A DNA stretch of 64,000 nt from Eledone cirrhosa. Lineage: Eukaryota. The stretch is taken from NCBI GenBank assembly GCA_964016885.1, contig OZ024742.1, forward strand, positions 300,204,001 to 300,268,000, read 5' to 3'. Made by a program: the position numbers and the translations under genes. Under the pieces are notes generated by a model. It worked only from the letters and a program-made list of their open reading frames with translations, searched no databases and was not told the DNA's origin. Shown here piece after piece: positions 60,569 to 64,000 of this stretch (the first letter of the stretch is position 1; each line of letters opens with the position of its first letter).

Positions 60569-63500
60569 ATGGATGTGTTAAGAGTAGGATGTTTGAATGC
60601 ACGTGGCCTGGGCTCAACTTGGAAGCAAGCAAAGCTTCTAAATGACCTCAGGTCATGTAGTATAAATGTAATGGTTATCTGTGAGACTCGAATCAGCGTC
60701 GTGCGGCAGCTTGCCCCCACCTTCGATGACTTTGAGGTGCATGCATCTCTCTGTCAACCTGGAGGTGGGGGTGGGGTTGTCGTACTGCTGCAAAAACACC
60801 TGGGTCTTGCCGTACAGGTTGTGCACTCGGACCCGGAGGGTCGTTTGTTGGTGCTAGACGTTGGCAGTAGTGAAAGTGCGGCCTTGAGACTGGTCGCCGT
60901 CTACTCCCCTTTCGGAGCTGAACGGCCCGACTTCTTCCAGCGTTTGGAGACTTTTCTGGGAACGTCGCGTTCCCTGCTTCTAGCGGGGGATTGGAATGAC
61001 ATCCTGGATGCACGTTGGGACTATGCAGGAGCATGTCCTAATAGAGGGGGGTGTAACAGCCTCAAGGGGTTACTCGACCGTTTTAACTTGGTCAATAGAT
61101 ATCGACTAGATTTTCCAACTGTGCCTACCTGGACTTGGAGAAACCACAGTGGTCAATCTAGATCGTACTTAGATAGATTCTTAGTTAGAAGTAAGGATAG
61201 GGACATATTAAGCTGTCCAGAAATGCTCACGGTTGGCTACACGGATCACAAATTAGTGACCTGCGTGGTCCATCTCGAGAAAACACATAGACAGGGTCCC
61301 GGTTACTGGAAACTTAATTTGTCTTTACCGGCAAAAGAGACTTACAGAAACCGGATTAGCAGATTAGTTAAGGAGAGGTTGACGGGTGCAATCGTCAACA
61401 ACCGATGGTGGGCATCTCTCAAAAGAGAGATTAGAACAGAATCAATAAGTTATAGCAAGATGTTAGCTGCCGATAGGAATAGAAACGAGAAAGAATTAAC
61501 AGGTAAATTAGAATAGGCAATCAAGAGCGAAGATGTGGCCAGAGTGCTGGCATCGAGGACGGCCTTGAACCAGTTTTTCGATGCAAAGCACGAAGGCTGC
61601 GTCATTCGAAGTAAAATACGTGCTCTAGGTAATGAGGGGGCCAAAGCCGTTGGATGGGCCCGCGTGACAGAAGCTAAGAGTGGAAATCGATCCACCATCC
61701 GGTCGTTGCAAGACGAAGATGGACGAGTGATCCGGGAGCCTAAGCAGATGTGCGAGGCCTTTCAAAAGCACTTTGCCCGATTGTTCGGGGGAGGCGAGGG
61801 TCCGGGCCGGGGCGTGGATTTCGGTCCATACCTCGACGGCCTGCCGCGTCTCTCGAACGAAGAGGCAGAGTCCTGCGAGAGACCAATCTCGGCTGATGAG
61901 ATCGGGGATGCGCTGAGCCAATGCAGCAGACGCAAATCTCCAGGTCTCGATGGTATACCTTACGAACTTTATTTAGCAATGCCGGTCTTCTTCTCCGAAC
62001 TCCTCGAAGCGGTCTACTGCAATTGGCAGCAGAACGGGAGAATTCCTTGTTCTGTAGCCAAGGGCGTAGTCACGCTGGTGAGGAAGGACGAAAACAAGGG
62101 GGATAGTATAAATAATTTTCGGCCCATAACCCTGCTAAACACAGAGTTAAAGATTTTGGCCAAGGTGTTAGCAAAGAGGTTGGCGCTTGTGGTGGGTGGC
62201 CTGGTGGGAGATGCGCAGACATGTGCTATCCCATCCAGGTCCATTCACGATAACCTCCACCTCATGCGATACATCATAGAGAGGGTTGGCAACAAACCCG
62301 GCTTCGGTGGGGCCCTGATCAACTTGGATCAGTCTAAGGCCTTCGATAGGGTCGACCATGGTTACCTGGATGCGGTGCTAGCGGCGGCTGGGTTCGGTCC
62401 TGTTTTCAGAGGCTGGATCACTGCCCTACATAGCAACCACATCTGTTCTAGGATCAAGGTGAACGGCTACCTTTCGAAGCCATTCGAAATCACACGATCC
62501 ATTCGACAGGGGTGCCCTCTCTCCTCCCTTCTGTACGTATTGACTCTCGAGCCTTTACTGAGGAAGTTGGAGTTGTTGCAGGATATCCCCCTGGAACCAG
62601 GATTGAGCAAAGCGGTGTCGGCCTACGCCGATGACGTAACAGTAATGGTATCAACCGACTCGGAGATCGAGGCGATCGGTACCTTACTGGAGGAGTACGA
62701 AAGGTTGTCAGGAGCGAAACTGAACCGGGAAAAATCCATCGGGCTGCAACTCGGAACGTGGAGAGGCAGACCGATGCCTCCTGACGGTGTCGTCGGACAC
62801 TGGACGGAGGGCCCGGTAAAGTTGCTTGGGGTCTGGTTTGGACCGGACCTCCAGGTGGAAAAGAACTGGAACGAGGTTACGAACAAGGTGTTTGCACTAA
62901 CCCAGAAATGGGCCAAGTGTAAGCTGTCCCTAAAAGGCCGGGCGGAGGTGGCGAACATTTACATAGCGTCCGTCACTTACTACCGCCTGACTGTCGTGCC
63001 TTGCCCTAAGGAAACACTCACCACCATGGAACGCATGCTCTTCCAATTTCTTTGGAAGAAGCGTCCTCCTATGGTGAGAAGATCCATCTGCTGCCAACAA
63101 CCTTCGAAAGGAGGGCTGGGGATGCCGTGGTTGATGATGCGTAGGCACGCATTAAGGCTACGGCACCTACAGGTATTCCTCACTGGTCAACCGGTGTGGG
63201 CTCCGTTCGTGAAACGAGCCTTTCCGAGACTCGTCTCACTCACCGAGCTACAGTCCTGGGTCAAGCAAAGATCCGGAAAACTGGGAGACTGGCACACTGA
63301 GTGTGCTCAGGCGCTCAGGGCTCTCTGGCAAGCGGGCCAGGCCATCCGTGGAGAATCCACCTCATCATTCTATAGAGGGCTGGTGGCTAGCAGGGGCGAT
63401 GACACCCTTGGAGAGTCGCTGGACATGGAAGAAGACGAACTGGCCAGCCTGTTCGGTAGGACTTTCGGCCCAGGACCAATGGACAACTTCCAGAAGTCAC

Positions 63501-64000
63501 TGGCCTGGCAGTGCTACCGGGGGGCCCTACCCGTTCGAGAGAGGCTCTACAGACACGGGCGCCCGGGCAGGGATCCCTCAAAAAAGATTTGCCCTAGATG
63601 CGTGCGTCACGAAGAAACCGTTGCGCACGCATTGGTGCAATGTCCGGGCGTGGCTGATCTGTGGGGCTACGCCGAACAACTGCTGTCGAGGGTGGCGCCG
63701 ATTAAATTGACCGCCGAGTCCGTGATGACAATCAAACCGCCTCCCCTCTTCACAAAGGAAGCAAAGGCGGTTTTTCTGTGCGTAATAGCCATGTTGAAAG
63801 AGGTTGTTTGGTGGACACGATTGAAAGGTCTGAGGTCAGGCAACTTCCTCTCTGGCCATAGTCTGGTCTACTTCTTCCGATATCACTTCGGAAGAAGGAT
63901 AAGAATGGAGAGAGAGGTGCTTGGCCACAGGCAGTTTTATGAAAGGTGGGTGATAGTGGCGAGAATGGCTCGTGTAAATGGGCCTTCTCTGTATACCATC
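60569..64000 (+). pseudogene. Tx1-like ORF2 with a single in-frame TAG at 61514-61516
   Basis: Endonuclease 60569-61516. The same frame appears to stay open from 61517 to the window end (RT motifs AYADD, RQGCPLS, C-terminal zinc finger). Confidence 0.88.

Larger units (their letters stand above)
58401..64000 (+). mobile_element. Tx1/L1-group LINE copy 2 (runs off the window)
   Basis: 5' UTR, ORF1 and ORF2; clearly homologous to but diverged from copy 1. Confidence 0.92.

Noticed and set aside
59382-60720. Long antisense ORFs over the Tx1 ORF1
   Set aside because: Shadow ORFs caused by the A/C-rich sense-strand composition.

Overview
Eukaryotic, repeat-saturated DNA. The (TA)n-rich background and SINE/LINE families suggest a coleoid cephalopod, Octopus-like (inference). 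Only one ORF looks like a host gene: an intact, uninterrupted 379-aa ORF (6495-7634) with two death-domain-like repeats, lying between two direct copies of a non-autonomous Helitron. The rest is mobile DNA: nested and tandem Helitrons (including a perfect CTAG|TC head-to-tail junction), a near full-length RTE LINE, two head-to-tail Tx1/L1-like LINEs, CR1 and CRE remnants, tRNA-SINEs and MITEs. The most striking unannotated layer is at least 10 type I hammerhead ribozyme motifs from 5 sequence families. They are mostly arranged as fold-back palindromes with a ribozyme on each strand, plus a 310-nt retrozyme-like tandem unit next to a Penelope GIY-YIG remnant. A 9-kb interleaved inverted duplication (30.3-39.5 kb) and many smaller fold-backs point to pervasive template switching, although assembly artefact cannot be excluded without reads. 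All calls were made by eye; no searches were run.
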